From NCBI RefSeq assembly GCF_018350175.1, contig NC_058382.1, forward strand, positions 60,762,001 to 60,826,000: a stretch of DNA of 64,000 nucleotides, written 5' to 3'. The stretch is from Felis catus (lineage: Eukaryota). Every line of letters starts with the position of its first letter. Within the stretch, counting starts at the first letter, position 1. The notes under the pieces were generated by a model, which saw nothing but the letters and a program-made list of their open reading frames with translations, had not been told where the DNA came from and did not search any database. The position numbers and the translations under genes are program-made. This document shows, piece by piece, positions 61,631-64,000 of this stretch.

Positions 61631-62412
61631 CTAGTGGGGAGACTGAGGCGGGCAGGATGCGACTCCCCACTTCCTCCTCCCAGCCGCCCACCCACACGCT
61701 AACGGCACAGGGTCAGGTCACGAGCGCAGCGTGAGGCACACGTGTGTGTGACAGGAGCCGGGTCGACCTTCCCCCCTCGGTGGCCACGACCTGCCCTCCC
61801 GGCAGTGCCAGTGTGGAAGGACACGGCGCCCCTCTTCCTACGCTCTGTGCCCTCGTTGACCCCAACTCTGGCTCCCCTCGGGCTGCAGGTATCGGGAGTG
61901 GGGAGGGTGACACGGGGGCCTCTGTGTCCCCTACACTCCCCGTACGCAGGCAGGCGCAAGGGGCCGGGAGGGACCCTAAGGAAAGGTCTTCCCAAATGAC
62001 CTCGTGAACCAGGAGGTCTAATTGGGCTGGAGGCCTTGTGCTGTGAGGATTACCGGGCAGGGGAGGGGTCCAGCTAGCACCTTCAGGGGTCTCAGACTCT
62101 TGGAGAATCAGATAAAAAGCCCTGCGAATACATGTTAGTGCGAGTCAGGTCCAGGACTCCACAGCCACCGCCTGACCTGTGCCCTCAACCTCAAAGCCCC
62201 CCGACACCGAACAAGCTGTGACCCTGACTCAGAAAGAGGAGCCGTGCCTACGCTGACCAGACCGTGCCAGGTGCTGTGCTGGGTCCCTTGACCGGGTGTT
62301 TAACTGTCAGGACGGCTGGCATGCTCACAAGGAGCTTTTACGTGGAGAGAGAAGAGCCTGAGAGACCGGGCCACACGGTGTGCGGAGTGAGGACCAGCGT
62401 GTGGGCAGTGTG

Positions 62413-64000
62413 GTGACACGCGTCCTGGGTGGTCCCTGTAGATGGTAGCGACAGGCATCCTGGGACAGTCCACACAGATGTGCAGTGACAGGTGTCCTGG
62501 GACAGTCTGTTAGATGTGTAGTGACGGGTGGCCGGGGACAGTCCCTGTGGATGGTTGTGACGGGTGTCCTGGGACAGTCTGTTAGATGTGTAGTGACAGG
62601 CATCCTGGGACAGTCCCTATAGATGTGCAGTGACAGGCATCCTGGGGCAGTCTATTAGATGTGCAGTGACAGGTGTCCTGGGACAGTCCCTATAGATGGT
62701 TGTGACGGGTGTCCTGGGACAGTCCGTTAGATGCGTAGTGACAGGCATCCTGGGACAGTCCCTATAGATGTGCAGTGACAGGCATCCTGGGGCAGTCTAT
62801 TAGATGTGCAGTGACAGGTGTCTTGGGACAGTCCATTAGATGTGCAGTGACAGGTGTCCTGGGACAGTCTCTGTAGATGATCGTGACAGGAGTCCTGGGA
62901 TAGGCCGTTAGATGTGTAGTGACAGGCATCCTGGGACAGTCCCTATAGATGGTAGTGACAGGTGTCTTGGGACAGTCCATTAGATGTGCAGTGACAGGAA
63001 TCCTGGGACAGTCTCTGTAGATGGTAGTGACAGGTGTCCTGGGATAGGCCGTTAGATGTGCAGTGACAGGCATCCTGGGACAGTCTCTATAGATATGTAG
63101 TGACAGGTGTCCTGGGATAGGCCGTTAGATGTGTAGTGACAGGCATCCTGGGACAGTCTATTAGATGTGCAGTGACAGGTGTCCTGGGACAGTCCGTTAG
63201 ATGCATAGTGACAGGCATCCTGGGACAGTCCCTATAGATATGTAGTCACAGGTGTCCTGGGACAGTCCCTGTAGGTGTGTAGTGACAGGTGTCTTGGGAC
63301 AGCCCATGTAGATGGCAGTGACAGGTGTCTTGGGACGGTCCATTAGACGTGCAGTGACAGGTGTCCTGGGACAGTCTCTGTAGATGGTCATGACAGGAGT
63401 CCTGGGATAGGCCGTTAGATGTGTAGTGACAGGCATCCTGGGACAGTCCCTATAGATGGTAGTGACAGGTGTCTTGGGACAGTCCATTAGATGTGCAGTG
63501 ACAGGAATCCTGGGACAGTCTCTGTAGATGGTAGTGACAGGTGTCCTGGGATAGGCCGTTAGATGTGCAGTGACAGGCATCCTGGGACAGTCTCTACAGA
63601 TATGTAGTGACAGGTGTCCTGGGATAGGCCGTTAGATGTGTAGTGACAGGCATCCTGGGACAGTCTATTAGATGTGCAGTGACAGGCGTCCTGGGACAGT
63701 CCGTTAGATGCATAGTGACAGGCATCCTGGGACAGTCCCTATAGATATGTAGTCACAGGTGTCCTGGGACAGTCCCTGTAGATGTGTAGTGACAGGTGTC
63801 TTGGGACAGCCCATGTAGATGGCAGTGACAGGTGTCTTGGGACGGTCCATTAGACGTGCAGTGACAGGTGTCCTGGGACAGTCTCTGTAGATGGTCATGA
63901 CAGGAGTCCTGGGATAGGCCGTTAGATGTGTAGTGACAGGCATCCTGGGACAGTCCCTATAGATGGTAGTGACAGGTGTCTTGGGACAGTCCATTAGATG
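62413..64000. repeat. Minisatellite, 36/37-bp unit (gtgacaggtgtcctgggacagtccctatagatggta), over 40 copies, runs off the window end; 507-bp higher-order period
   Basis: Direct reading of units; the sequence at 63061 recurs at 63568. Confidence 0.97.

Noticed and set aside
62413..64000. CRISPR-like array of ~36-bp repeats and repetitive minus-strand ORFs
   Set aside because: Units are contiguous with no unique spacers, there are no cas genes, and the context is mammalian.

Overview
GC-rich mammalian genomic DNA from a carnivore, most likely a feliform (two Can-SINEs of the cat SINEC_Fc type). Gene order matches human 16q24.3. It contains GALNS exon 1 (minus; the rest of the gene lies left of the window) head-to-head with a complete TRAPPC2L (plus, 5 coding exons, 139 aa, with a U12-type intron 2). 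Next is a complete PABPN1L (minus, 7 coding exons, 277 aa). CBFA2T3/MTG16 follows (minus, exon 2 to the last exon plus a ~1.8 kb 3'UTR; 567 aa from the MPDSP start, or 593 aa with a 78-nt cassette exon), with exon 1 beyond the right edge. I read all exon boundaries and phases by hand and they join in frame. The rest is intron and intergenic DNA with old interspersed repeats (MaLR/ERVL LTRs, L1, L2, MIR, MER5) and two large minisatellites (22-bp and 36/37-bp units) with higher-order structure. Almost all entries in the ORF track are artefacts of high GC or of repeats. I found no convincing previously undescribed system. The most notable signals are the minor intron, the CLEAR-box bidirectional promoter, substitutions in the CBFA2T3 NHR2 domain, and the structured VNTRs. 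Gene names come from recalled human orthologue sequences, not a database search.
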